A program made the position numbers and the translations under genes. The notes beneath the pieces are model-generated. The model was given only the letters and a program-made list of their open reading frames with translations. It was not told the DNA's origin and made no database searches. 42,113 bases of DNA. Source: Chrysochromulina tobinii. Its lineage: Eukaryota. The stretch spans positions 1 to 42,113 of the forward strand of contig JWZX01002736.1 of assembly GCA_001275005.1 (NCBI GenBank). The letters run 5' to 3'. The first letter of the stretch is position 1. Each line of letters opens with the position of its first letter. Shown here in pieces: positions 21,315 through 32,964 of the stretch.

Positions 21315-22821
21315 CTACCAACTGCCATGGAGCAACCTCTGACATGGAGAGAGGTTGACCTCAAACAAGCCCGAGGGCGCGGCGCTTGTCACCATAGACG
21401 GCCGTTGGAGAATCGAAGAGCCGCCGGTGGGCACGATGGGGCTAGCCATGGTGGGTACGATGCGCGGCATCGGCCGGGCCTGAGTCGCAGGCCGAGGCCA
21501 ATATTCGTCAACCGCCCCTTTGAGCTGTGAGGGGCGCAGACGCGCAACTGGCGAACCAGCATCGCTCAGGAGCCGGCTGAGGGCAAGTCGCTCATTCACA
21601 CGCCTGTTGGCACTTGGAGTGGCCAGTCCGGTGCGTCGCCGCCACAAGACGTCGAGGCTGTCCGGTGCAGGGACGGTCGATGCGCGAGGTGGCGCAGCTT
21701 GAGAGCCGCTTCGGGCCCGGCCAAGGGGGAGCGGAGCGAGATTCGCCATCTTGAGGGCGGGAGATCGAGGCTCCAGGACCGGAGGCAAGTGCGGCGGGCG
21801 CTGCGCCGTGTAGAGCGCCCGCTCCTTTGTCTGCTGCCCATAGCCCGGGAAGGCGTTGGTAGGGCAGGACAAGGAGCTTCGGAATGCAAGCTGTCCCTCC
21901 TCCTGAACAGATGGAACCCAGGTTTGGTCCCAAGTCGCCGTTGGGAGCGCCGTTTCGGTCACAAACTCGGGCGCCATCTCGGGCGCCATCTCAGTGCTGC
22001 TGCTGGGTGGCGTGCCCACGGCCCACCAGGCTGACAGCCGGCGCCGTGGCTGACGCATCGACCACGCAAGGAGAATGCCCCCGGCCGTGAGCTTCACAGG
22101 CCGGAAGTACCGCTCGTGGCCGGGTAGCCCGATCGTCACAAAGCTGTCTGGATGCACCTCCGAGATGCCCAAGAGGTCCATCTCCTCGGGTGTGAACGCG
22201 GTGCGGTCGTGGAGCAGAGCATCGGCGAGCTCTGCATTCACAATCTCCCTCGAGCTCGCTGACAACGGGCGCGAGGGACTCGCCTCCCAGATGGAGCCCA
22301 GAGGGATGTCGATGCCCATGCTGCTAGCTGCGCCCCAGCCGCCCTCGTCGGTTTCGTGAGAAGGACCACTTCCGAGTATAGTAGAGACCGTCTCGTCACC
22401 GGGGCAGCGAGCGTTCAGGCTACTCCGCGTGTGGCCGAGGGCGGGCAAGAGGGTTGGCTCCTCCTGAGGTGACTCCGAGAGCGTCACAGAGGGGTGGCGG
22501 CTCGGCGTGAGCGCAGGTGGTCCACTGCCCCATCCACCACCGGCGCGACTCGAGGAGCCAGAGCCCATACTCGAGAACACCGGCGCGTAGTCGAGTGAGC
22601 TCGGAGCCGAGATCTCCTCTCGTCCGTACGGCTCATCCCGCGTCGTCGCGCCGAAGGCGACGCGGTAGCCTCCCTTGAGGAGGATGGGTGACGCAGGAGC
22701 TTCCTTCTCCGGCCGTGCCCGAGACGGCGACGGCTGCAGCGGAGGCAATGGCGCAGGCGGAGGACGATAGCGCTTTATGCTTTTTCCCGGCGGGGGCGCT
22801 GGATGTGGCGGTAGCGGCGGA

Positions 22822-22864
<43 letters not shown>

Positions 22865-23678
22865 GCTCGATGTAGAGAGGCTTGTGATGACCGATCGTAC
22901 CGTCGGGATTGATGACGCGCTCGAGCAGCTCGCGAAGGATCTTAGCATACTCACGACGCTCGGTCGTCTTCGCATAAACGTCGACGAGCTCGAAGAGCGA
23001 ATCAAAGAAGATGACGCGCGTCATCACGCTCCCACCGCCCGTGTCATCAACCCATGAGCTGTTGGCCTCGAGCTCGGCATCCTTCGGGTCGTCGCCCACG
23101 AGGTCGAGGTAGATCTGCTCGTAGATGCACACGTAGTCGGCCTGCGTCAGTTCGATGGCATCGGGTCGACGCACTCGAGCAGTCGCCACGGCCGCCGTCC
23201 ACCACGGCTGCAGCGCGTTCAAGACGAGCGCATCCCGCCGTAGCTTCTGCCGCACGTGGAAGACCTCACTCGTCGAAAGGTCCGCGTCCCCTTGCTGGAG
23301 GTAGTTGGTCGATGCGGCCTTTCTCGCATCGTCGACCTCGGTGACTGCGAGGGCTCCAAGGCCCCCTGCGACTGCGCACCGAACAAACCCCTCAAAGTCA
23401 AGATGCCCGTCGCTGCCGCCAGCCTCGGCCATCATGGCTGCAATCTTCGCGTCGGTCATATCGAGGAGTTTGGCCTTCTTCATCATCTTTTTCAGCTCGC
23501 GCTTTGATATGGATCCGCTCTTGTCCTTGTCGTAAGCGTCGAAGATTGGCCGGAGCCTCTCCCGCAACGCTTGCTCGGCCTCCCGCTGCAGCTCGGCGTG
23601 CTTGACCTTGGCTCGCGCCCTGTCCATCCAAGGCGCGGTCCACCGTAGCAGCTTCGCGCCGAGCACGAGCTCTGCCAT
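21315..23678 (-). CDS. EF-hand protein with polyproline linker and long disordered tail
   Basis: EF loop DKDKSGSISKRE plus a degenerate second loop (GGSDGHLDFEGF), a helical block FFDSLFELVDVY, a long polyproline run and an uninterrupted ORF. Confidence 0.8.
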
Positions 23679-24129
23679 GGCTCCGCGGCGCGCACCGCGC
23701 TTCAAAGTCACTTCAAACTAATCTGAAACCGATGTAACATGTTTTGCATGTATTTTCCTCGTGCCTCCCCAAATATGTTCACACAACTCTGAATGTGCAC
23801 ACCATTCACGCCACTCCAGTCCCTCGATGCTTTCTCGACGCTCGCCCGGCAGCCATGCTGCCTGCGGTCTATTACATGTACGCAGTCGGCCCAACATGAT
23901 ACTCGTTTACAACATGGACCCAATCGAGTTACGTATACATTCTCGAAACGGAGGGTACAGAAGAAGGCACCAAATGCAAGACAACGCGTCTCGACGTTCG
24001 AACTGCTTTGACTTTGTTGCTGGCGGCTGCCCGGCCCAAAACGGCCTGCTCACGCGCCGCAAAACCTCTCAAAGCCCATCCACACCGCCGCCGACCTCCT
24101 TCTTGCCCAGTACTTGCCCAGCACCGCCG

Positions 24130-27100
24130 TCATGTTTGGGGCACCTTGGCCTTTGAGCCAGCCCCCTTGATGAAGGCTTGCCCATTCTTGACGGCATTGC
24201 CAGCCTGCTGCAGCGGCGTGGGCGGCGCTGATTGGCTCAGAATCTTCTTGAGCTCGGTAAAGTCAAGGCTGCCGCCGCCGTCCCTATCCCACTCACTAAA
24301 GAGGGTGTCAATTTCGGCGCTCGGCACTTCAAGACCGAGAGCGCCCATTGCCTCGTGGAATTCCGCACGACTCACCTGCCAAATATAGGAACACATTGCC
24401 AAATAAGGGCTGTGCTCATAGGCAATCAGTGGTAAATCAGTGGAGCTCGTCGCGGCTGCACCTGGCCATCCCCGTCCGTGTCCCAATCACATTCACATTC
24501 ACATTCACATTCACATTCACATGCACCTGGCCATCCCCGTCCGTGTCCCAATCACGGAACAAATCGAGCACCTTGCCCGCGTTCTTGCGCAGCGCGGTCG
24601 CGAGCTGCACCGAGACGGGTGGGGCGAAAGGACCTTCCTCGAAATCGAAGCCCCCGGGCAGCGACCGCGAGCCCCTGCCGCGTTCCTTGGGTGGGCGCGC
24701 GTGGCGTGGGGATTTGTCTTTCTGCGCCGCCTTGAGCTCTTCCTTGAGCTCTTCCTTGAGCGCCTTGATCGTCGCCACGTGCGCTGCCTCCGCCTTCTCA
24801 GCACATGCGGCGTTCCACTGTGCCTTCGCGAGCACCGCAGCAAGCTCCTTCTCGGCCGCCAGGCGCCCCTTCTCCTCGGCAGTTGCCTTGGCCTCTGCGC
24901 CCTGCCGCCCCTCCTTCTCAGCGGCGAGCCGTGAACTCGTCGCACTCAACTCCTTGCGGATCCGATTCGATTCGCTCTCTAGGCCACGCTGCGCGGCCTC
25001 GGCCTCCTCCCTCATCTTCTCGAGCGTCGCCTGCGCCTCCCGCTGCTTGGCCGCGGCGGCCAGCTTGAGCGCCTGCAGCTCCACCTTAGCCGCCTTGAGC
25101 TCGGCCGCGTGTTTCGTCAACTCCCTCTCGAGCCTCTCCTTTTGAAGCCGCTCGGCGTGGAGCGCGTCCGCCCCGAGCCTCTCGGACTGCCCCTCGAGCT
25201 TGCGCCGCTGCTCGGCAAGGAGGCGCTCCAAGAGCTTTTGGCTCTCGACACGCCTCCTCTCCGCATCTGCCTCCGACTCGACGCGAAGGCGCTCCGCCTC
25301 CACCGCCGCCGCCGCGGCCTCGGCATGCTTGGCCTTCTCGGCCTCATAGGCGCGCCTGAGAGGACGCTCCTCGAGGGTGGACACGTATGAGGGCCAGAGG
25401 CCAATCAGAGGCCAATCAGTGGCCAATCAGTGATCAATCAGTGGCCAATCAGTGGCCAATCAGTGGCCAATCAGAGGCCAATCAGTGGCCAATCAGTGAT
25501 CAATCAGTGGCCAATCAGTGGCCAATCAGTGGTCAATCAATCAGTGGCCAATCAGTGGTCAATCAATCAGTGGCCAATCAGTGATCAATCAGTGGCCAAT
25601 CAGTGATCAATCAGTGATCAATCAGTGGCAATCAGTGGCAATCAGAGGCTATCACCTGAGCTCCTCGAGGGTCGACTTGACATTCGCGCCGTCGCCCATC
25701 GCGCCGCCCAGCTCGGCGAGCTTGTCGCGCAGCGCCCGGATCTCGTCCTCGTGCGCGAGATTGACGAGGCCCGCCTGATGAGCCTCGTGCCGAGCTCGCC
25801 GGAGCTGCGCCTCAAGAGATGCACCCTCGCGCTCCAGCCTCGCGAGCTCAGCAAGGCGCTTCGCCTCGAGCATGCTGCTCGACCAAAAAGACCAGGCACT
25901 TGCCTTTTCGGGCGAGCGGAGCTTGTTTCCCACCGCTCGCAGATGAGCGAGCGCGTAGCTGCGAGCCACCCAGAGGTCGACCCACGCTGACCAGCCGTCG
26001 GCGAGCGCCGCGTTAAGCAGCTTGCGCACGGACTGACGACGAAGCAGCACAGCTCGATGCGGCGCTCCATCAGAGGCCATCAGAAATCATCAGGCGGGGG
26101 GGTATCAATCGTCCTCAATCTTCATCACTCGTCCTCAGCCTGCAGCACGCACGCACGCACGCACGCATGCACGCACGCACGCACGCACGCACCCTTTGGC
26201 GGATGCGCTCGATACGCTCTTCCTTTTGCTGCTCCGTCTGCATGGCCTTCACCTGCTCCGCTGAGCCGGTGAGCACCGTCAGCTGGCGCTCGAGATGCTT
26301 CTTGTGCTCGAGCCGGAGCTCGGCGATCTCGCGCTCGTGATCGAGCTTGAGCTTCTCTATCTCCACCTGATGAGGGAAGCCATCCGGGGAGATAGGGGAG
26401 ATCCATGAGTGGTATGCTCGTCGTTCAGCAGTTGGACCCCTCATGGAATATTCCTCTTCAGCAGTCCGACCTCCGTGGGATCTGTCGTCATCGGTGGCGC
26501 AATCAGAGTCGTCATCAGTGGCAATCAGTGGTCCTCGCCTTGAGAGCCGATTGGCCCGACGCGAGCGCGTCTTCCCGCCTCTTGAGCGCCTTGAGCTCCA
26601 TCCGAGCTCGGCTCTCAATCACATCCGCACTCCAGAACGAGAACATGCCCGCTACCTCAGGCGCCTTGAGACGATTGCCGCACTCACGCAGCCGCTCGTA
26701 CGCGAACGCGCGTGCCGACCAGAAGTCATGCCACGCGGACCATCCAGCGCTGAGGCCGCGGCTTAAGATGCGTCGGGCCACCTGCCAGCAGAGTCGACCA
26801 GCAGAGCAGCTCGATGCGCGCCCTCAGAACCAATCAGGGCCAATCCAAACGCAACAAGACGCACTCGAAGGTGCTCATCAAAGGCCATCAGCACGTCCCA
26901 CTCACCTGTCGGTGGAGCAGCTCGATCCTCGCCGCCCTCTCTTGCCCCGCCCGCATTGCCATCACCTCGTCCGCTGTGCCAGTCAGTTCGACCAGCTGTC
27001 GCTTCAGCGCCGTCTCCTTATCGAGCTCGGCCGCCTGCAGCCGCCGCTCGTACTCGGCGCACTTGCGCTGCATCTGCTCAGAGAGGGTGAGGGCCTTGCC

Positions 27101-30100
27101 TTCAAGCCCGAGGGATCTCCGTCGCTCCTCCCGTAGCCGCTGACGCTGCTGCAGCGCGGCTACGACCGCAAACCACACGTCGAAGGCGTCGCTGATGCCT
27201 GGTGAACGGAACGAGCGTGCTGCGAGCCGTAGCTTGCGCTTCGCGTCCGTGCGAGCCGCCCAAAGCTCGACCCACGCTGACCAGCCGTTGGCGAGCGCCG
27301 CGTTGAGCAGCCTGCGCACGGACTGCCGACGGAGCAGCTCGATCCGCTCTTCCTTCTCCGCGGCCGCGCGCATCGCAAGCACCTCCTCCGTCGAGCCTGT
27401 GAACTCCACAGCCTGTCGCTTGAGCGCCGCCTGCTTGTCTAGTTCGGCCTGCTTCAGCAGACGCTCGAGATGGTGCACCTGCAGTCCGAGTCAATCACGC
27501 GTCAAGAGTCGCAATCAAATTCGTCATGAGGCAATCAGTAGCAATCAAATTCGTCATGAGGCAATCAGTGGCAATCAAATTCGTCATCAGGGACCATCCG
27601 AGGCCATCAGTGGCAATCATCCGCGCCACCGAACCTGCTTCTGAAGCCGCTCGGATTTCGTCAGAGCATCCCCCTTGAGCCCCGACTCCTTCGCCATCTG
27701 AGCTCGCAAGGCCTTCTGCTCCCTGGTCGCGCGCGCCGTGGCGGCTCCCTCAGCCCAGAAGCTCCACGCGCTCGAGAGGGCGGACGCCTTGAGTTGCCGA
27801 GCAGTCTGCCTGAGCTGATGCATGGCATGCCGTCGCGCCTGGGCGCACTGCTGGATGGCGATGAAGCCTCGGGTGAGCCCCACGTTCATGAAGCGCCTGC
27901 CGCTCTGCCGGCGCATCAGCTCGATACGGCGCTCCCTCTCCATCTTCGCCTGCGGTCATCAGAGGTCATCAGAGGTCATCAGCGGTCTCGTCAGAAAGGA
28001 TCAGAGGCCATCAGAGGCCCTCAGAGGTGATCATCAGAGGTGATCATCAGAGGTATCATCAGCGCCCATAATCTCACCTGAGCCTCGAGCATGGCCTCCA
28101 TCTGCGATTGGCCGCCGTCCAGTACGAGCAGCTTCGCATGGAGGGCCATCCTCTCGGCCTCCGAGGCGGCGAGCCGCCTCTCGTAATCCGCCTTCATCCG
28201 ATCGAGTTGCGAGAGTAGGTCCATGCGAGCCTGGGCTGCTTGCACCTCGCGCTCGTGTGCTGCCTTCGCCTCGCGCGCCGCCTTGAGGTGAAGGACGTCT
28301 AGGCGCCAGAAGTCGAAGAATTGGGTCACCTCCGGTGCACGAAGCCGGTTGCCCGCACGCGCGCAGCTTCGCGAGCGCGGAGGACTTAGCACGCCATGTG
28401 TCCACCCAGACGGACCAGCCGCGCGTGATGCCTGCGTTCATCATGCGCCGCACCATCTGCGCGGGTGCAGGGGTAAGAGGCGCTCCATCAATGATAATCA
28501 GACGCACTCGTAGCCCATCAGACGCACTCAGAGCCTATCAGGCGCACCTGCTTGTGCATGAGCTCAATGCGCTCCCTTTTGGCCTTCGCCTCGGCCTCCT
28601 CCTTGGCCAGTGCCTCCATCGCAAGCCCGCCATCGAGCTGCGCACACTGCTGGGCGAGAGCCTTCCTCTCGTCGGTCACCACCGCGAGAGCACCGAGCGC
28701 CTTCGTGAGCGCCTCCTCGAGTCGCTGGATCTTTCGGCCCTCCTCGGTGAGTAGCTCGGCCTTCATCTGGGCCTCCGCGCGCAGATGTGCCGCGACCGTT
28801 GCATGCAACCGCTTGAGCCAGTGCGCGAATGCATGCTGGAGCTCGGGGGACTTGAGACGATTCGCCACCTCGCGTAGCCGTCCCATCGCGTACCTGATGA
28901 GGAGAGCACTCAGAGGCTCTCAGAGGCGTTCAGAGGCACTCACAGGCCTTCAGAGGAACTTGGTGGCACTCGGCGGCTCTGCACTCAGTGGCACTCAGTG
29001 GCCATCAGCTGCTCGATGGCGTACGTCTTAGCCACCCAAAACTCACACCATCCTGAGAAGGCACTCGACAGCCCCACATGCATCAGACGGCGTGCACTCT
29101 GCTTGTGCATGAGCTCGAGCCGCTCGAGCCGCTGCTTTTCAAACTCCGCCTGAGGCGCGGCCAAGACGGCAATATCAGCCATCGTCAGTGTGGCAAAACA
29201 GCGGCACTCGGAAATACTCAGAGGTGTTCAGAGGCACTCCGAGGCACTGGTACCTGCAGCGCCGCCTCGCGCCGCGCTGCATACTGGCACGTGCAGCCAG
29301 CCTGCCACTGATCAAACTTGGCGCGCTGCTGTTCAAGCAGCTTCTCGAGCAGCGTCTTGTGCGAGGCCACCTGCCAAACAAGGGGTGATCAGACGCCATC
29401 AGACGCCATCAGACGCCATCAGACGCCATCAGACGCCATCAGACGCACGTGGGCCGCAATCAGCTCCGTGTGAAAGGCTATCTGATTCTCCGCCTCCGCT
29501 TCCGCCTCGACGCAATCAGACGCAATACAGACGCAATCAGACGCAATACAGACGCAATCAGACGCAATCAGACGCAATCAGACGCAATCAGACGCAATCA
29601 GCGACCTGCTTCGCCGCCTCCGCCTCCGCCTCGAGGCGTCGCTCATCGGCGAGGGCGGCCTGCTCCAGACAGCGCTTGTTCTCGGCGATCAGCTGCTCTG
29701 GCGAGGTACTCTTGCCGAGGAGCGTCGCGTATTCGTGCTCCTTGGCCGTGAGCGTCGCGGTGAGCTCCCGCACGCGCTCGCTGAGGCCTTTGGTATCGTC
29801 CTCGTGCGCCACCTGCAGAAGCTCGAGCTTGTTCCGAAAGTATTTCTCCTGCCGCGCCTTATGCGTGTCGAGCTCGCTCAGCACGTGTGCCTGCTCTCGC
29901 AGCTGAGACTCGGCCTCGTCTAGGCTGCTGCTGAGCTCCTTCACTCGGTCGTGCAGCAGCTTACGCTCGTGCTCGGTCTGCGCCGCCTCCCTTTTCCAGT
30001 GCTCGAGCTGCGCCTGCACCGAGCGCTTCTCGAGCACCTTGTCGCCCATCAGCTTCTTGATCGCCTCGTTCTCGAGCACGCGCCTGCCACGTGCAAGCAA

Positions 30101-31511
30101 CACAAGGGGGACTTCCGTTCGTGAGAGGCTGCTGCAGCGGGGAGGACAGCGGGGAGCACAGCCCGAGATCTACCCGAGATCATGGCAGGCAGTAGCAGGC
30201 AGGTCGAGCCAAGAAGGTGGCGGCGGCGGCGGGCGGCGACGACAGCAGCGGCAGCGGCAAGCAGCGGCGAGCAGCGTCCAGGTGGCGCGGCGCGGCATGT
30301 GGCAAGTCCGGCCCCGGCGGTCTTGATCCAATCGCAAGCCTTTAGGTGGCCAGGGCCGGCGCCTCTCTCTTGCACGTCATGGGACGGAGTCTCAGGCATG
30401 GGATGCGGGCTGAGTCGTCCGGGGGTTGACGTTGTGCGACAGTTGGCCTATCGGTTGGCCGAGCAGACCCTAGAAATATGGCAATCGTAGAAGGCAATCA
30501 AGGGTCATCACAGAAATGTCTTCAGGGGCCATCAGGGGTCATCGGGGGCGTCACGCACAACCAGCCGTAGAAGGCTTCCGCCGTGCCCTTGCGTAGCCGG
30601 TTGGCACACTCGCGCAGCTTGCCGAGCGCATACGCACGCGCGTAGCAGTACTCGGCCCACGCGTTGAAGCCGAACATGATGCCCTGGTTCCGTATGCGCC
30701 TGCCGGCCTGACGATGCAGCAGGTCGACGCGCGCTTGACGCTCCTTTTCTCGTGCCTCGCGCTCCTTCTTGCTGAAGCGGGCGGAGGACTCCTCGAGCGA
30801 GCCGCTCAGGGCGCCCACCTGCGTCTTCATCACGCGAAGCTGCGAGAGAGTCGTCTCCTTCTCACGATCGCCGTCCGCGACACGTCGCTCGTACTGATCG
30901 GTGAGCTCGCGCAGCTTCGCCTGCCACTCGCGCTGCACCTGCTCGAGTTTCAGATCGAGCTCGTTAGGGGGAGTGCACTCGTTCGTCTCGCCCACGGCGC
31001 CCGAGCCGTCGAGATGCGGCATGGCCCCTGGGCGCACCACCCCGTATGCCGAGTCGATCTGCCGTTGGCGCACGGCCACGTCGATGGGCTTGCGACTCGT
31101 GTTCAGGTCGGTGACCTGCTGCTCAAGCTCCTTGATTCGCTTACGGAGCGTGATGACCTCGCGGCGCAGCTTGCGGTCTTCATCATATGGCGAGCCACTG
31201 GCGGCCGGCAGCGCCGGCAGATCGCCCGGCGTGAAGGGCCGGCTCACGCTCAGGTCTGTGTAAGGCGTGGAAGTGCGGGGGAGCATGAGCTGCACGTTGC
31301 CCTTCTGGCTGGGAGGATTGCGGTGCGGGACGTCCAGAGGCGCTACTGCGCGCGCCGCAGACGGCAGCTGAGTGCCGCCTCCGTCATGCATCTTCGTAGG
31401 GCTACCCCATGCACCGATCGGGCCGCCAAAGGGCACCACGGCCCGCGGCCGAGAAGGCTGCGGAGGGAGCTTCATGACACCGAGCTCTGCGGCGCTCAAT
31501 GAGGGATGCAT
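24130..31511 (-). CDS. Large coiled-coil protein with 7 paired Sfi1-like (centrin-binding) repeat modules and a C-terminal EF-hand pair; 13 exons; apparent +1 frameshift at about 28352
   Basis: Inferred introns: 30084-30561, 29371-29605, 29150-29253, 28894-29024, 28457-28547, 27950-28077, 27479-27634, 26782-26905, 26367-26538 (GC-AG), 26033-26192, 25356-25655, 24376-24526. Modules read RIELxxRQxxRRxxNxxxxxG[W/F]xxW...[A/F]FxxW. EF loops DTDGDGQ|VSRAE and DRDGGGSLDFTE. Confidence 0.8.
25395..25650 (-). repeat. Intronic 10-12-nt minisatellite, mainly (CTGATTGGCCA)n
   Basis: Plus strand is a tandem array of TGGCCAATCAG and TGATCAATCAG variants. Confidence 0.93.
29388..29601 (-). repeat. Two intronic 10-nt arrays, (CTGATGGCGT)n and (CTGATTGCGT)n, flanking a copy of the upstream exon end
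   Basis: Plus strand (AGACGCCATC)n at about 29388-29445 and (AGACGCAATC)n at about 29510-29601. Confidence 0.92.
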
Positions 31512-31881
31512 CGCGGCAAACGCTTAGGTGCTTCAGCCGCCAAGAGCGAGCAGCTCGCGCAGGAGGATTGCCTCCCAAGGCTGAAAGAATTGTGGTGGGT
31601 CACGAGCTCCAAAAGTGAAACGGTGGACTGCGGACTTCATCTGAACTCCTCGTTGCATGCGTTCCCGTTCACGTATAATTGCTATGTCGGCAAGACGCAC
31701 GACCACCGGTCACGTGGAGATTTCGTTGCATGCTGGTCCATTTCACACTGCAACTTCGCCGACCGGAGAGGAGGCGGGGAACTCCGCCGCCCAGTCTGCA
31801 TATCAACCGTGAAGGCTTCGCAGACCGTGCCAGGCGTAGAGGACCGTGCACATCTGTGGTGTGGTAGACTGGGTTGTTCAT

Positions 31882-32760
31882 ATGCGTGGAGCCTCGCGAA
31901 GCCAACCGTTGCGGCTCCTGTCCACCGCCCGAGCTCAATACACAACCCACCGTCGGTCGATCCTGTGCCTGGGCGACTCGATCACCGAGTACGCCTCCCA
32001 CATCGGTACGTCGACCACTCTACAAGTGGCTAGACATCCTCGTGGCAGTCCGCTCGGCAGCGACACAGAGCAAGGCCCTGGATGGGTGGCACTGCTCGCG
32101 AGAGACTATGCGTGGTCGCGGCGAGCCGACGTGCTCAATCGTGGCTTTGGCGGCTACAATTCCAGGATGCTGCTTGAGGCTCTCGACGATGCGCTCTTGC
32201 CGACCGACCGTGACTCGGTAGCGGCCGTCACCCTCACGCTTGGCTCCAACGACAGTCACTGCAGTTCGCATGCGCTGCACGTACCCGTGGACGAATTCGA
32301 GCACAACCTGATCGAGATCCTGGCACAGTTGCAAGCGAAGCTTCCTTTCGCAAAGCGTATCCTCTTGTCTCCCCCTCCGTGCGATGCGGACGATTGGCGA
32401 GCGTACAGCCTCCGCATGAGCGATGGTCTCGATGATGGTGGCGGTCTCGGCAGCGATGGGTTGGCGCCTTATGTGCGAGCTGCTAGGCGTGTTGCCGGCG
32501 TGGCACAGGAGGTCAGATTCATTGACCTCTTCCTCACCATGCACTCGCGATCCGGATGGCGCACGTTGCTCCAGGCCGATGGGCTTCACCTTAGCGCCGC
32601 TGGGAATGCGATGGTGCATGCGCTCGTGGCCGAGGCGCTCGCTGATGTGGGGCGTGCGCCCCTCGATCTGCCTGTGCACCTGCCGCACTGGTTGGCGAAG
32701 ACGTCGCCAGATGCCTTCGATGCGGAGGGAGTCCCTTTGGATGCGGGGAACGGTCGATGA
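31882..32760 (+). CDS. SGNH/GDSL hydrolase, IAH1 (isoamyl-acetate esterase)-like
   Basis: Blocks LGDSITE, DVLNRGFGGYNS, LGSND and DGLHLS. Confidence 0.9.
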   Translation: MRGASRSQPLRLLSTARAQYTTHRRSILCLGDSITEYASHIGTSTTLQVARHPRGSPLGSDTEQGPGWVALLARDYAWSRRADVLNRGFGGYNSRMLLEALDDALLPTDRDSVAAVTLTLGSNDSHCSSHALHVPVDEFEHNLIEILAQLQAKLPFAKRILLSPPPCDADDWRAYSLRMSDGLDDGGGLGSDGLAPYVRAARRVAGVAQEVRFIDLFLTMHSRSGWRTLLQADGLHLSAAGNAMVHALVAEALADVGRAPLDLPVHLPHWLAKTSPDAFDAEGVPLDAGNGR

Positions 32761-32964
32761 GCTGTGCCCCACAGAGCCTAATGGTCCCTCATACCCTGTC
32801 TGGCAGTTGCGACGGGACGTCGATTTGCTAGAGGTTCTGCCAAAGATCCACGAAGAGACGTTGTTTCTGATTAGATAGAGGTAACGCGTTTGAGTTTCAA
32901 GGATGGAAGGACTGTGAGTTCACACTTAGGAAAAAAAGCGCCGTCGCGGCGCCGGGAATTTTGC

